Both the position numbers and the translations under genes were made by a program. From positions 41,974,001 through 42,038,000 of the forward strand of contig NC_088855.1 of assembly GCF_963853765.1 (NCBI RefSeq): DNA of 64,000 nt. Reading direction: 5' to 3'. Source of the DNA: Magallana gigas. Lineage: Eukaryota. Below the pieces are notes generated by a model, which was not told the DNA's origin, searched no databases, and saw only the letters and a list, made by a program, of their open reading frames with translations. Below are positions 1 to 12,111 of this stretch, piece by piece (the stretch's first letter is position 1; each line of letters starts with the position of its first letter).

Positions 1-171
1 AAATGGGACCCCATATACAAATGCTCCATACCTATTGTAGTAATGTTTGAAATAAAAAATGACGTGGGTTTAAGGCTAGGAGGTTGTATATGATATATCA
101 TTCATAAAATTTTTTAATGTAACATTAACCAAAAATGCATTTTTGTTGGGTTCAGCTAATCTGTGCATTAC

Positions 172-1612
172 CTCTTCCACAAATTCAGATCTAAAGAGCT
201 TCATCACGTCATCAGCAAATGATCTGGTCTTTTTTGGAGCTTCAGCTAAAAGACAGAAATGAGGCAATATTTATAAGCCATCTAAATCAAAGCATGGTTT
301 AATGAAACAATATTTTTCACTTATTTTGTCTGTAGAATTATACTCACAATATGGTTTTTATATGGTCCGTCATGACAAAAATGTTTTTACTAAGATATAA
401 TTGAAATTTGGATTATATTATTGATAAGACCAGGACTTCAAATGGTTATGATAAAATAAAGAGAAATTTTGATATATATATATACCCGGTATATATTGCC
501 AAAGAAAAATAAACAAAATTGAAAAGACTATACTCTGTCCCGAGTTTTTGATTCCACCACTTTTCGCTTGATATTTCGATAATCATAAATACCTTTTGAG
601 TTCAAACTACGTTCATCCACTAATATAAAAAATGCCCAGATTATCTGTTTTGAAACGCCCCCTCAACCGCTTAAGGTTTCAATACACATCCCAAAATAGA
701 AAGTCTACAGAGATTTTGCATTGCATCAGCCATTAATAAGCACGAATGATAACGTTGAAAAATTGCGTGAGGTGTCCTGAGTACTTCCGAATGGAGAAAA
801 GATGTAAACATTTCCCATTATAAATCTCCGTAAAAAATTTGTTTTCATTCCTGTGAACTTTTATGAGTGAAAAATGAATATTTGTCAACGAAGATATCTT
901 GGATATTTTCCCTTTAATCTATTTCAACTGCATTTCTTTCGCAGGTATGTGTATTTTTATTAAAAATCAAAAAGTGATGGAAGCAATAACTTGGGACAGA
1001 CTATAGATACCAAATCAATGAATTTTAACTTAACTTTATCACAATAAAGTTTGTACAGCAGTTATTTCTTCAGTCACTTTTGTGAGCTTTTATATGTATC
1101 AAATTTAGCAAATAATATGAATCTTGCCTCCATCATCTGAATCTGATTTCTTATCTTCATCATTGTTCTGGAATAATCCTGGATATGCTACGATTCCAGC
1201 CTGCAGGTACTCCTGCACTGAGGAAGGCTTTTCCTCACTTTCACCTGAAATCATTTTCTCAAATGACTCCCACTCCGATTGCAGACTGGATGTTATCTCC
1301 ACCTATAATTTCAAAAGAATAAAATCAATATCAGTTATCTGCTATTTCTCTCTTTTATTCCCTTACTCTGATCAAATTCATTTTTTTATTTGTTTTGTTT
1401 TCATTTCAATGCGCTATTTACTTCCGCTTTCACTGAAATGAACAAAACCGCCATTTTGTTTATAAACGAAGCAAATTTTTAATTATAAGATATGATGTAC
1501 TTGTGTAAAGAATACCATTTACACTATGGCAAAACCTTACCTGATCTTGTTTATTAGTACTTGAACTTTGTGATTTATCCCCATCATCATCATAGCTTGC
1601 CAAAAGATCCAT
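172..1612 (-). CDS. Uncharacterised protein, 5' part only (gene continues beyond the window start). Exons 1612-1541, 1302-1128, 245-172
   Basis: ATG at 1612 gives MDLLASYDDDGDKSQSSSTNKQDQ, with donor GTAAG at 1540 (phase 0). Acceptor TAG|GTG at 1302 gives VEITSSLQSEWESFEKMISGE...SDDG. Donor AG|GCAAGA at 1127 (phase 1) matches acceptor TTTTAG|CT at 245, giving AEAPKKTRSFADDVMKLFRSEFVEE, then donor GAG|GTAATG. All phases are consistent. No family recognised. Confidence 0.7.
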
Positions 1613-1910
1613 TTTGCTGGTATTGACTTCTTCTCTGTGTGTTCTATTTTTGACCTTTCCCGATGTCTGGTGTGGTTGGACTTCCGGTTAAAGTAATTCG
1701 GTCTCTCTACAATTCGATCACAAAACACGGAAACCGTGGAAGTGTAGGCATAAGTCCCTGCAGACACGGACAATTAATGAATTATTAACCTTTAAAGTAA
1801 ATACTTTAAATAATAAGAGGTATAATGTGTGTGTGAAAGATAATTTAAAAAAGTTTTTAAACCAATGAGGGAAAGTGAAAGTAGATGGGATAGCATGGTG
1901 CAGAAAATCG
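1613..1910. promoter_or_regulatory. Bidirectional promoter/5'UTR interval between gene 1 and the FAAP20-like gene
   Basis: Divergent ATGs lie only about 300 bp apart (1612 minus, 1911 plus). The interval contains GAAAGTGAAAGT at 1871-1882. Confidence 0.55.
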
Positions 1911-3781
1911 ATGAAGAGACTCAGCTTGAAACGAAAACTTGGCGCTGTTGACGAGAAGAATTCAACTCACCAAACACCTGTTACAAAACAAAAAGATGCA
2001 AAGAGTACAAGCAACCATTTAAGGGCAAATGCAAGGTAAATGTATTATATATGTATTCACTATTAAATATTTAACCCCAACTTAATTTATGGTCTTAGTT
2101 TTATATAATTTCTGTCTATATGATTATCTACTTTGGGCAGTACAGCACATCAGTATATAGTAAGAATTAATAGCTATAACATACAAGTACATGTATACAA
2201 TATTTAGACTCCCTTAATTGTGCGTATTGAAGGATATTGCAGTATTGCATATACATTGTATTTGTAATTTGAACATTGTATTTGTGAGCATTTTTTCCTT
2301 TTAAAATTTACATACCGTATACAGGGTTATTCTCTTCTACACTTGCAAACCGTTTTGCTCCATCTTAAATTTACCCAGTCACTGTTTTGTTTAAAAGAGA
2401 GATAATCTAAGACATTCAAATTTGCCCATGCAGTCTTAAATATTCACCAACTGACAATGAGGGTAAAATGGGCGAAAATAAAACGTAGGTGAATACATGT
2501 ATTTCCCTGTATACAGTTGTTTGGAAATGAAGATCAACAAAATCAAAAATAAGATATGAAAAACTGTTCAACTTTTTAGTAAAAATTTAATTTAATTATT
2601 CCTAGGCCAGAGACAAAACCAGAGAATGCACAAGTAAAACTGCAGAATACTAAATTAGATAAAACCAAAAAGCCAGTACTTCTCACTAAGTTCCCACCAT
2701 TTCCACCATTCCCTCATCATCAAGATCTACCAAAGGTATACACTTTTAATACTTTGTTTAGATTTTTCTACAGAAAAAAGAACCATTAGCTCACACGATG
2801 AATGATTCTGAATCAAATAAATGTAATAATTTGTATAATTTATTAATGAAATGTTTTATTAAAGTTTAATTGATTTGTTAAAAATATTTTCTCATATCAC
2901 TAGGTTAAAGAAAATGCGAAAACCCCAGCTGGAAAAATGATTGGTCACAATATGTTGTCGCCTTTCCCACCCATGTGTTCCACATGCAGGAAGCGTAAAC
3001 CAATGTCCAATGATTTCCTTCAAAATGTGAGTTGTGAATATCTTCATATTAATTTATCTGAACGAACAAGGTCTATCTGATGTTTTCCTGGCATTTTTAA
3101 ACGATTTTGATATTTTTTGACAGGAACCTTAAACCTTTTTTTTTATCACAAAGTTAATAATTCAGAAATATTGTCTTTTTTTGTAATGTAGCTTGAAGCT
3201 GCAATAACAATTAAAAGTTAATTACAATACAACTTTTGTTTCTATTTTTTTTTCTTTTTCCTCTTTCAATTCTATGATTTTATTTATGAAATATATATAA
3301 ACTTTAAAACAATTTTCACTAAATTTGAATGTTACAGTAATATCAACAGATATAAACTTGTTACAGATCATTATACCCGAGATCAAGAATGACAACAATG
3401 CCAGCATCAACAGCTGCAGAGTGGAATCAGACACTTCTGTAGATCTAGGTACCAATGGTAGACAACCTTCCCCACAGGCATTAAAGACAGAACCAGAGGC
3501 CAGTCAAAGTGCTGTCTCCCAGTGTCCAATGTGTGGGAAAAGTTTTGGTCCCAGGTATATATTGTGGTTTATTGTCACTTTTTGTTAAAAACTTATACAA
3601 AAAAACAAAAATTGGTATATAGAAAAATAACTTATGAATTTCCACATATTCATACTATTAGCAATCTAGTACCAGTATATATTTCATCAAATCATCTCTT
3701 TTTAACAGTTTTACCATGCTTGATGTGGACAGCCACTTAGCCAACTGTCTGTCTGCCACAGATGATGATGTGCAATGGTAA
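1911..3781 (+). CDS. FAAP20: Fanconi anemia core complex-associated protein 20-like with C-terminal UBZ zinc finger, 212 aa. Exons 1911-2035, 2606-2735, 2904-3026, 3367-3554, 3709-3781
   Basis: Five GT-AG exons splice into a 639-nt open frame. The C-terminus CPMCGKSFGPSFTMLDVDSHLANCLSATDDDVQW* closely matches my recollection of the human FAAP20 end (CPMCQKEFAPRLTQLDVDSHLAQCLAESTEDVTW). Internal FPPFPP and LSPFPP motifs resemble the FAAP20 N-terminal region. Confidence 0.85.
2313..2517. mobile_element. Short non-autonomous DNA transposon (MITE) in FAAP20-like intron 1
   Basis: Imperfect terminal inverted repeats TACCGTATACAGGG ... CCCTGTATACAGT. Confidence 0.5.
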
Positions 3782-3939
3782 AAATTTAAGTAGGAGATCA
3801 GGAGAACTTAACAGATTGTACCACAAATGTTTTCAGTTGTTTCATATACATGTAGTAATCTCAGTGAGATTAAATAAAAAGCATAAATAAGTTTCTTCAA
3901 AGTGTTTTTTTTTTATATGCATAACCCTCGTTAAAAAAA

Positions 3940-5062
3940 AGTAAGCAAGCTCACATCCCCCATGCTCCTGCATTACTTGAAAATGCTACACATAATAAAT
4001 GGCAGGGTATGCATTAAATACACAATATACCTTAATAAAGGAGCAAAACTCCCAGAAAAATCAAATCACATCAAAACTTCTCCTGCAACTATGTACATCT
4101 GGTGTGATCAAATCTATCATAAAGGTTCCAATATTGACATTAAAGGGGCACAGTCACGATTTCAATCGAAACCATCATGTTCTTCCTATGACGAACCAAT
4201 TGGGGTCATGATATGCAAAATTTTGGGTATTACAGGCTATTTGGTTCTTGAGAAAAAGATTTTGAAACAACCCACCTTATTTTAATTTTTTCTTCATGAA
4301 ATCCCCTTGGATGAGGGTCTGAAATTGGCATAGCGATTAAAAAGAAAGTATGAAAACGTTTTTTGAAAAATTACAACAACAAGGGCACTACAAAGTTTCA
4401 TGAAAATTAATTCAGATGTTGAAGAGAAAAGCTGACAAATTGTTTCAGTGCTGCAGTATATTCAAAACTGGCCAGACTTCTAAATCTAAAAGGGGAAAAA
4501 TTCCCAGAAAAAAATAATGAAATTGGAATACATGTATCAAGGTACACGTAATATGCACATCTACACATTGTGTCCTTATCACCTACAAAGTTTCTAGAAA
4601 TTCTGTGAAGTGGTTTATTAAAAAGAAATTGAGCTGACAAACTGTTCATTGTTATTTTGAAGAAATGGCCAAAATTCAAAGTTCAGAAGAGCCAAAATTC
4701 CCAGAAAAATATTGGAATAATGATTTCCTGGTAATGTGCAAATCCATAACTTTTGTCCTCATTAGGTTTCTAATTTTGTGCAGCTGTTAAAGAGGAGTTA
4801 CAGTGAAAAACTGTTCATATTTGAACATCTATTCAATAAATGGCAAAAAATCAAACTTCCAATGGGCCAAAATTACTAGGAAAATGATGGAATTGAAATT
4901 GCTTAGTAATATGCACATGCATCTACACATTGTGCCCTTTTACTGGTACTTACAAAATGAAATTCACTGAAGTTGTGCTGACAAAAATCTGGTGGACCGA
5001 ATGACTGTGATGGCCGAGTTAAAAACAGTATAACTGCTTCAACTTGTTTCTTGGGTATGTCT
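3940..5062. mobile_element. Degenerate non-autonomous Helitron/Helentron-type repeat carrying an internal satellite-like array of about 170-200 bp units
   Basis: AATTCCCAGAAAA recurs at about 4499 and 4696, with a variant at about 4871. AATATGCACAT(GCAT)CTACACATTGTG occurs at about 4550 and 4908. The Helentron assignment is inference from known oyster repeats that carry satellite arrays. Confidence 0.5.
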
Positions 5063-5307
5063 ATATGGCTCAGAGCAAAATACATCTTCACTAACCAAGG
5101 GTGAGGATCCACGGTGTTTCTCTATTCATCCTTGGGGAAACACAGTGGATTGTCACCCTTTGCTAGTTAAGATGAGCAAAATACTGTTCCACACATGACG
5201 TACAGGGTATTTTTTTAATAAATGTTGAACATACTGTACTTGTGTTGTACATCAATCAAAATAAGAACATGAGACCAGGTTTTTGAGAAATTAAGTGGAA
5301 TACGATT

Positions 5308-5534
5308 CAGGGCTGCATTTTACAAAAGAGTTTACGACAAAGTCGTAAATATTTTTAGCCTCATGGAATGCCCTATGGGTAACAAAATTTATATAATACC
5401 ATTAATTTACCCTTATTTTAATTTCTATAATTATTTTTTAAAGCCATTAAATTCAAATAATGATTAGTTTGTGATTAATAAGCATTCTTTAATTTGGTCA
5501 TAAGTCGTAAGTTCTTTTGTAAAACGCAGCCCTG
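5308..5534. mobile_element. MITE, 227 bp
   Basis: Inverted termini of about 30 bp: CAGGGCTGCATTTTACAAAAGAGTTTACGAC and GTCGTAAGTTCTTTTGTAAAACGCAGCCCTG. Confidence 0.7.
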
Positions 5535-6217
5535 TTTCTTTCCAACAGTGGAAAATTCCATTATCTCCCTTCAAAGTCAGAGCTTGAACCCACATACAAC
5601 TGAATATATACTCTATTCTTATACAGACTAAGAAAGAACATATAATAGTATAAGTCCATGGAAATGGTACAAAACAACAAGTAACCAGTGACCTCTTGTG
5701 GCATACGAGTCGAACTATTTAGCTGATAGAAGAGTAGCTACCTCTGTTTTGTTTGGCAAGTATTACTCCTTTATGTAATTGTGAGGAAGGTCTTTTTAAA
5801 ATGGAATTGTTTTTATGTAGGGTGGAAAGAGAAGACTCATTTTATGTACATGGAACAAAATGCAGTTTTCTAGGACTTAAAAACTTAAAGCGTTTGACAG
5901 AAAGAAAGATACGGCACTATTAATTATTTTCATTTATTTATTCAACAAATTGATCTTTATAAATAAAATGACACAAAACATTTTCCAATTATATGACAAC
6001 ATAAAAAATTATAAACATACTCTTCCACTGAACTGCAATTGAACGAAAACGAGATTCAGAGCAATCTGAAATGTTATGTATGGCAGTATGATCCATCCAT
6101 TATAAATCTCTTATAAAGTTATTTATTAGAATTTTTTTTTTATATAAAAAATGCATGAGCATCTGATAAAATCACCCAGGAATGTAGCAGTGGATATGAA
6201 ATGCACATGGGAGATAA

Positions 6218-9200
6218 TTAAGAGCATTTCCAGGCAGATATGTCCAGTCTGTCCAGTTCCTTCACCTTTTTATACCTCCATATATACCACAAGAATCCAA
6301 TGGCTATCAGAAGAATAGATTCTATGTAGTACCCATCCACATTGGTCTCACATGCACCTCCATGTTGAGTACATTGCTGAAAACAGCAAAAAAATCTTAT
6401 AATCACAAGTCTATAAATGTAAGGTATCTGTTAAACCTTGAAAAGTTTAAGTAACTCAGTTATATTCAATATCTGATTAAAATCTTCACTAATCAGGAGA
6501 GAGAAGCAGATATTGACTCCTTTGGCGGGGAGCACACAGAGATGGAGTTAAGTTTACCATCTAAATCTTTCTCAAAAGTCCAACTAAACCATAAACTAAA
6601 AATAATATACCAGGTGTATGTCATTTATGTTAAATTGACAAAAAACTTCAAAATCCTCATACCTCTTCTAAAGGAGCTGATTTTTCACAACTACCAACTG
6701 CTCCAATGCAGGATTTCAAAGTTAAACCATCCACTAACCATAGAGCTAATGTACTTGGCCAATTACCACCTGTAATTATGTATATTATATACGTACTAAC
6801 AGAAGAAGTAATTCATATAAATTCATCATCCATTTATTTTTTGTTCAACTAAATTAGGCGAGAGAAATTTAATTTTTAGTTTTACGGATTTTTTTGTAAA
6901 AAATTTGGGTCGGAGGAGGGAAAATAAAAAAAATAAAAAACTGGAGGCAAACTTTTATTAATCAAAATTACATATTATTTGCTTGAACTTATAATATTAA
7001 GTTTAATTTGTCCACTATCTATTGTGTACTTTGTGTTTGTTTCAAGATCATTGGTATTAACCTTACTAAACTTGTTCAGGATGACATATTTTCTTTGCTT
7101 TTCATAAAAACTTTTAAGCCAAACCATGCATGGCTGACCTCCATCTTAAATACTCCATGTTATAGAGACGCTTACACTTGATTTTAAAAGCTCCCTTTGT
7201 CAAACGTTTTGCAGATTTCAAATAAAATAAAGTAATTTTAAAACCAAGATCGGTCAAACTTGAAAATTCTGGAAAAATTTCCGATGATACGAATTTTTTT
7301 TCATTATTTTTTTTTTTACAAAATCGGAAAAATTGGGTCGGCGGATCCGTAAAACTAAAAATTAAATTTCTCTCGCCTTAGTATTGTAATACATTTATAT
7401 AATAGTAGATGCTAAAAAAAAACGAAAAACACTGTCATTGCTGACACCTACCAAGATTAGACAAGGTATTGAGTAAAGTCATGTATGTGCCTCCGATTGA
7501 TGGATCACTGATTTTAGCATGGAAGGCCATGCCAGAGACAAACATGCTATATAATGTCACCTGTATAATAGAAAAAAACCCAAAATATAAAAACATATAA
7601 TGAGATTCTCCATTGGGAAGTGACCAAATGTCAATATCACTGAAAAATGCATTCACTGCAAATATTTTTTTTTCAGATAAAATAGCCTAAAGTGGGATTG
7701 CATCCTGGTATCTTTAATAGATATTTACTAAAATTCAACAAATTCAAAGAGTATTATAAAAGATTCTGAAAACTTGCAACAAAATACCATTGTTATGAAG
7801 TTTAAACAGTACCCACCTGATGGAGAGCATAGACAATTAATATGAAAGCATAGAAGGAGGTGGGGAATACTCCCGGACTAGACTGCACCCCATGAGAAAT
7901 CCACACCATGAAGGCATACACCAATCCCATCAGTAACCTGTGATGGAAATGATCATTATGAGTCTCAGAATGCAAGAGAATAACTATGCTGTAAACTTCA
8001 GTCAAAACCTTGTGATCTTTTAAATCTCTATACAACTTGAGTAAAAATTAAATACATGTATTACAGAATTTGAGATGAAAAAGCTTTTAAAAATACATAA
8101 AGAAACAGTGGGAAGAACTTCCATAACACTTTAACATATGCATGTTATTCAAGATAAATATGTTATAGATATCAAAAATCAACTTTGACAGAAAATCCTA
8201 TAACTTTTTATATTCATTATGGGTAGCTTCCATGACATCTATATGATTGTATTCTTTAAAAATCTCTATTATTAGTGAGTTGACTTTTTGTAAAGGCCTA
8301 ACATGAAAGTAACAATTAACAAAGCCATGAATATCAGAATATTTCCAAATCTGAGATTATAATTTTGTTTATTTGACAATTTTTTTTTTAAACAGAAAAT
8401 AATCTGAGCCTATCAAAGTGAGTGCAATTTAAACTCAATACTATAGGCAATGCTTTTAAAATCACTCTTCACATACCGTAAATAACATTAAAGCTATACA
8501 CGCTATAATTTGCGTCAATTTTGAATAAAGGGGAAAATGTTTGTGTTTGATTACTAATAAAAGTTACCTTTATGCTGTTAATTATAATGCTCAATTCGAT
8601 CACGTAACAAATATATCAAATATTAAACAATAAAAAATATTTATTTTCCTGCCAGGAAAGAAATGCCTCCTCGTGAATATCAATCTATCACGTGATAGCG
8701 ACAGCTAAATTTAGCCTATCATACCAAAACTGGTGAAGGGTCAACATCTTCATAATTGTGATAGTTTCACAAAGGAAAGGATATTTTCAGTAAAGCATAA
8801 ATTTGTCCGATATAGGAGTGCAAACAAAAGAAAAAAAATACAAGCCTGTGAGTAGATATGAATACTTCCTTTAAAAAAATGACGTAGACCTGTGTTTTTC
8901 CCCTGTGTGCTATTTATAGATCCTATAAGTGTTAATGCAGAATTAAGGGTATCGTGAATGACAAACGTATTTTACTCATTATACATGTATGTATTTCAAA
9001 TTAACAACTGTTAAGCATATTAAAAATCAAGTTGGATATTTAATTAGGCAAACAATAACGACCACCTAGTTCTCCGCGGACATGCGCAATGAGGTCGGTT
9101 TGCTCTTCCTTCATCAATATTCATAAAAAGGTATATTTTCCTGGCAGGAAAATAAACAATTAAAAATCTATATCTTTGTAACGAGATGGAATTCACCCTT

Positions 9201-11094
9201 GTAATTTACAGATTAAGGATAACTTTTATCAGTATACAAACACATGCGTTTTCACTGTCATTCAAAATTGACGTAAATTATAGCATGTATAGCTTTAAAA
9301 ATAGGTTTTTATCTCAACATACTAAAATAATGGGTAAGTAAATTATTATGGGCATTTGTTATTTTTGCACCTGAATGGCATTGCTCGCAGATACACATCC
9401 ATGGGTGTTGGTCCAGCTGTGTATTTACTTATGATTAATGGCAGTATAATTTGTATAGGAATCATGGGCACGGCGAACAAGGCAAGTGTCTCCTTCTTCA
9501 TTCCGGCTTCTATCAACTTCAGACCTGTCAAAGAATCTGCTGCTGCAAAACCAATCTGTTGACAGAAAATGAAATAATTAAGTTTTGTATTATACTAAAA
9601 TTTACATGGGAGGTAACATTTACATAATTCTCCTTAGTTTAAATGACTACTCAAAAGATACCATCTAAACCCAATTTATACAATTTGTACAAAATAAGGG
9701 TGATACAAAATGTGGATTTTTTCAATTGACACAATAATTTGAGAATAAAAAAACCACAAGTAGCCAAGTTATCATTTGAATCTATCATAATGTTTACTTG
9801 TTAATCAGATCATGCAAAATAAAATGGAAAGAAGTATTTTTCATATAAAATATAGGGAAGTTGATATCTGACCTTCACTGTGAGGAGGATGATTGCATAG
9901 GAGATGATTGGTTTCAGTCGAATGACCTTGACCAGCTGTTTATATGTGTCAAGGATTCCCTGCTCACTGTCTGCATCAGGATCATCAGCTTCGTGCTTCA
10001 TTATCATGACCAAGGTTGTTGTCACAAAAAATACTATGCCCCAGAAGAACATAAATCCTACATAAAAAATTCTATGTTAAAAATCATTCTCAGATGAATA
10101 ATCATTATAAATTATCGTGAATGATACGATGGAAATGGAGATTCATTCCAGATTTTTTTACATTTTGGTAGATTTCTGCCATTACCAGCCAATGTGATCA
10201 GTCCTGTTTGTTGAGGCTCGCTCCTTAGATACTTGTTACAGAAATCAGCTGACTCTAATGCTAGGAACAGAATGTTTCCAAGAAAGTACCCTGCTGTTTG
10301 ACCCACAGAATTACATGTACTTGCCCAGCCAACATTTCTCCTACAATAACAAAAAATAATTATGTAATGTTACTAATACACCAATAGTTGCATGGAAAAT
10401 TCAAGCATTAGAATGGAATAAGAGAAACAAAAAATGTGTGAAATTTTTTTTATTACTAAATTTCTTACCTAGAGAGCATTGTTAATGCCCAGCCATCCAC
10501 TGCAATGTCTTGTGTAGCTGCTAGAAAGTTGAGCATAAAGAAGATAAAAGTCAGGAAATAAACACTCACTCCATCACCACTCTTTTCACTGCCGATCAGA
10601 CTGTTGACATGATAGGAGAGGAATATCATAAACACACCAATCAAATACTGAATAGGAACTAGCCAGCTCTTCCTTCTCCCAAATGAAGATAAATACAAGG
10701 AATCCACTAGTGGTGCCCATAACAATTTGATACTGAAGGGCCAAAAAACAAAACTGAAAATAGCTTGGTCCTTGTAACTCACTCCTCTGCTTTGTAAAAG
10801 CATAGGTATGCTGCCCGCCACACCCAGCGGTATACCCTGAAGTACATATAAGAACAGTAACAAGGCTACATTGCCATAGTCTCCTTCTAGGCTCCTTGAA
10901 TCATTTTCTGATCCCGAGCCATGTTTTCTTCTGGAGGGTATAGGTACATGAGGAAATGAGTCCTCTCCTATATCTGCTTCCTCAATAGTGTGCCTAGGAG
11001 GATTCCGTCTTACTGCCGTTACTGGCATTTTGCTCATGATTATGTTTCTTTTTCCACTGCGTAAATTTATTGCACTAATCAGCTTCTTCAACAT
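6218..11094 (-). CDS. SLC33A1: Acetyl-coenzyme A transporter 1 (MFS), about 548 aa. Exons 11094-10469, 10340-10186, 10057-9873, 9555-9371, 7937-7817, 7560-7452, 6769-6663, 6376-6218
   Basis: Eight GT-AG exons in consistent phase (1647 nt). Hallmark segments: LLFLYVLQGIPLG, WPFSIKLLWAPLVDS, LAATQDIAVDGWALTML, GQTAGYFLGNILFLALESADFCNKYLR, DPSIGGTYMTLLNTLSNLGGNWP, DGYYIES. The start could instead be the downstream MSKM. Confidence 0.95.
6857..7377. mobile_element. PIF/Harbinger (Tourist)-type MITE in an SLC33A1 intron, 521 bp
   Basis: Perfect 33-bp terminal inverted repeats GGCGAGAGAAATTTAATTTTTAGTTTTACGGAT. TTA target-site duplication at 6854-6856 and 7378-7380. Confidence 0.85.
8492..9294. 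mobile_element. Kolobok-type non-autonomous DNA transposon in an SLC33A1 intron, 803 bp
   Basis: Ends TTAA|AGCTATACACGCTATAATTTGCGTCAATTTTGAAT and ATTCAAAATTGACGTAAATTATAGCATGTATAGCT|TTAA, i.e. a TTAA duplication with AG...CT termini. There is also an internal inverted pair TTTATTTTCCTGCCAGGAAA / TTTCCTGGCAGGAAAATAAA. Confidence 0.8.
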
Positions 11095-11719
11095 ATACTT
11101 TCCATTCCTAAAAGCAAATTAAATACATTTAAGATAAAGCAATATAAATAAAACAGTCAATGTATTGATAAATCCATTAATAGGGTTTTTTAAAAATAAA
11201 TGAACAATAAATCAAATCATCACAAGAAGGCAATATTATTAACTGCACAGAGGGCCGACAGATTATATCTAAAAGCAATTATCAACCAATCTGTATTTGT
11301 AATACCCATATTTTAAAAAAATAAGAAGTTAAAAATGTGGCATTGGTTATTGGTTGCAAGATTGATTCTCCAATATTGCATACTTTCGAATTGAATTGCT
11401 GTATGAAACTCTACGATTTCTACATCATGATCGTCTACAACATAAATCCCGACCACTGCTAAAAATAAGCACCATATTGCTAAATTATCCATAATATCTA
11501 ATATCTCTTACTGAAATAAAACTTTACACCATATGCCATTGAACGCACCGGGTCAGCTTATGGGACATTATAAACACCTCTCAATATAACTCTTATAGCC
11601 TTTATAAAGAGGGAAGCATATATTAGCAATGGAATTTACCTGTACTTTCAAATATATTGTCGCTTATTGACAAATGGTCTAATAGTTGCAAATCGACGTG
11701 GCGATACTCGATTGTTTAC

Positions 11720-12111
11720 CTCTTACAGGAAGTTGATAGAATGTAATTCACATAAGTTGTACTTATAAATTTCGCAATAGTGATAAATCTAAACACTTGT
11801 TTTATTATAGCCTTAGAGTAAAAGAATGTTACAAATTGCAGAGAAATAAAGAGGAAAAGAAAAAGGCTTCTAACATTTTATTCAACATTTGTTGGTTGTC
11901 GTGAAAGTGAAAGTTCCTAAAAATGAAAGTGAAAGTAGTAAATAGCGTTTCTCACTTTCTGCGTAATTTGTTCGGAAACAATTTTACGATTTGTATTTTA
12001 ATGATGTGCATCTGCTTAAGTCTACAGTATAATATGAATATGTTCAAATGAGAAAATTGACAGCTGCTAAATAAAGGTATATCAGTACCGCCTGCAGTCA
12101 ATATCACTGAG
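11720..12111. promoter_or_regulatory. Bidirectional promoter between SLC33A1 and the asteroid-like gene, with probable non-coding first exons
   Basis: Minus-strand donor GAG|GTAAAC at 11719 and plus-strand donor GAG|GTAATT at 12112. Matching acceptors sit just before the coding ATGs (exons starting 11107 minus, 13038 plus). Two GAAAGTGAAAGT copies at 11903 and 11925. Confidence 0.55.

Noticed and set aside
1537-1773. 78-aa ORF on the minus strand in the supplied track
   Set aside because: Its frame ends in phase 2 and would hit a stop in the next exon. The real coding part is in another frame, from the ATG at 1612.
3962-4285. 107-aa ORF on the plus strand
   Set aside because: It lies inside a non-autonomous repeat and has no transposase motifs.
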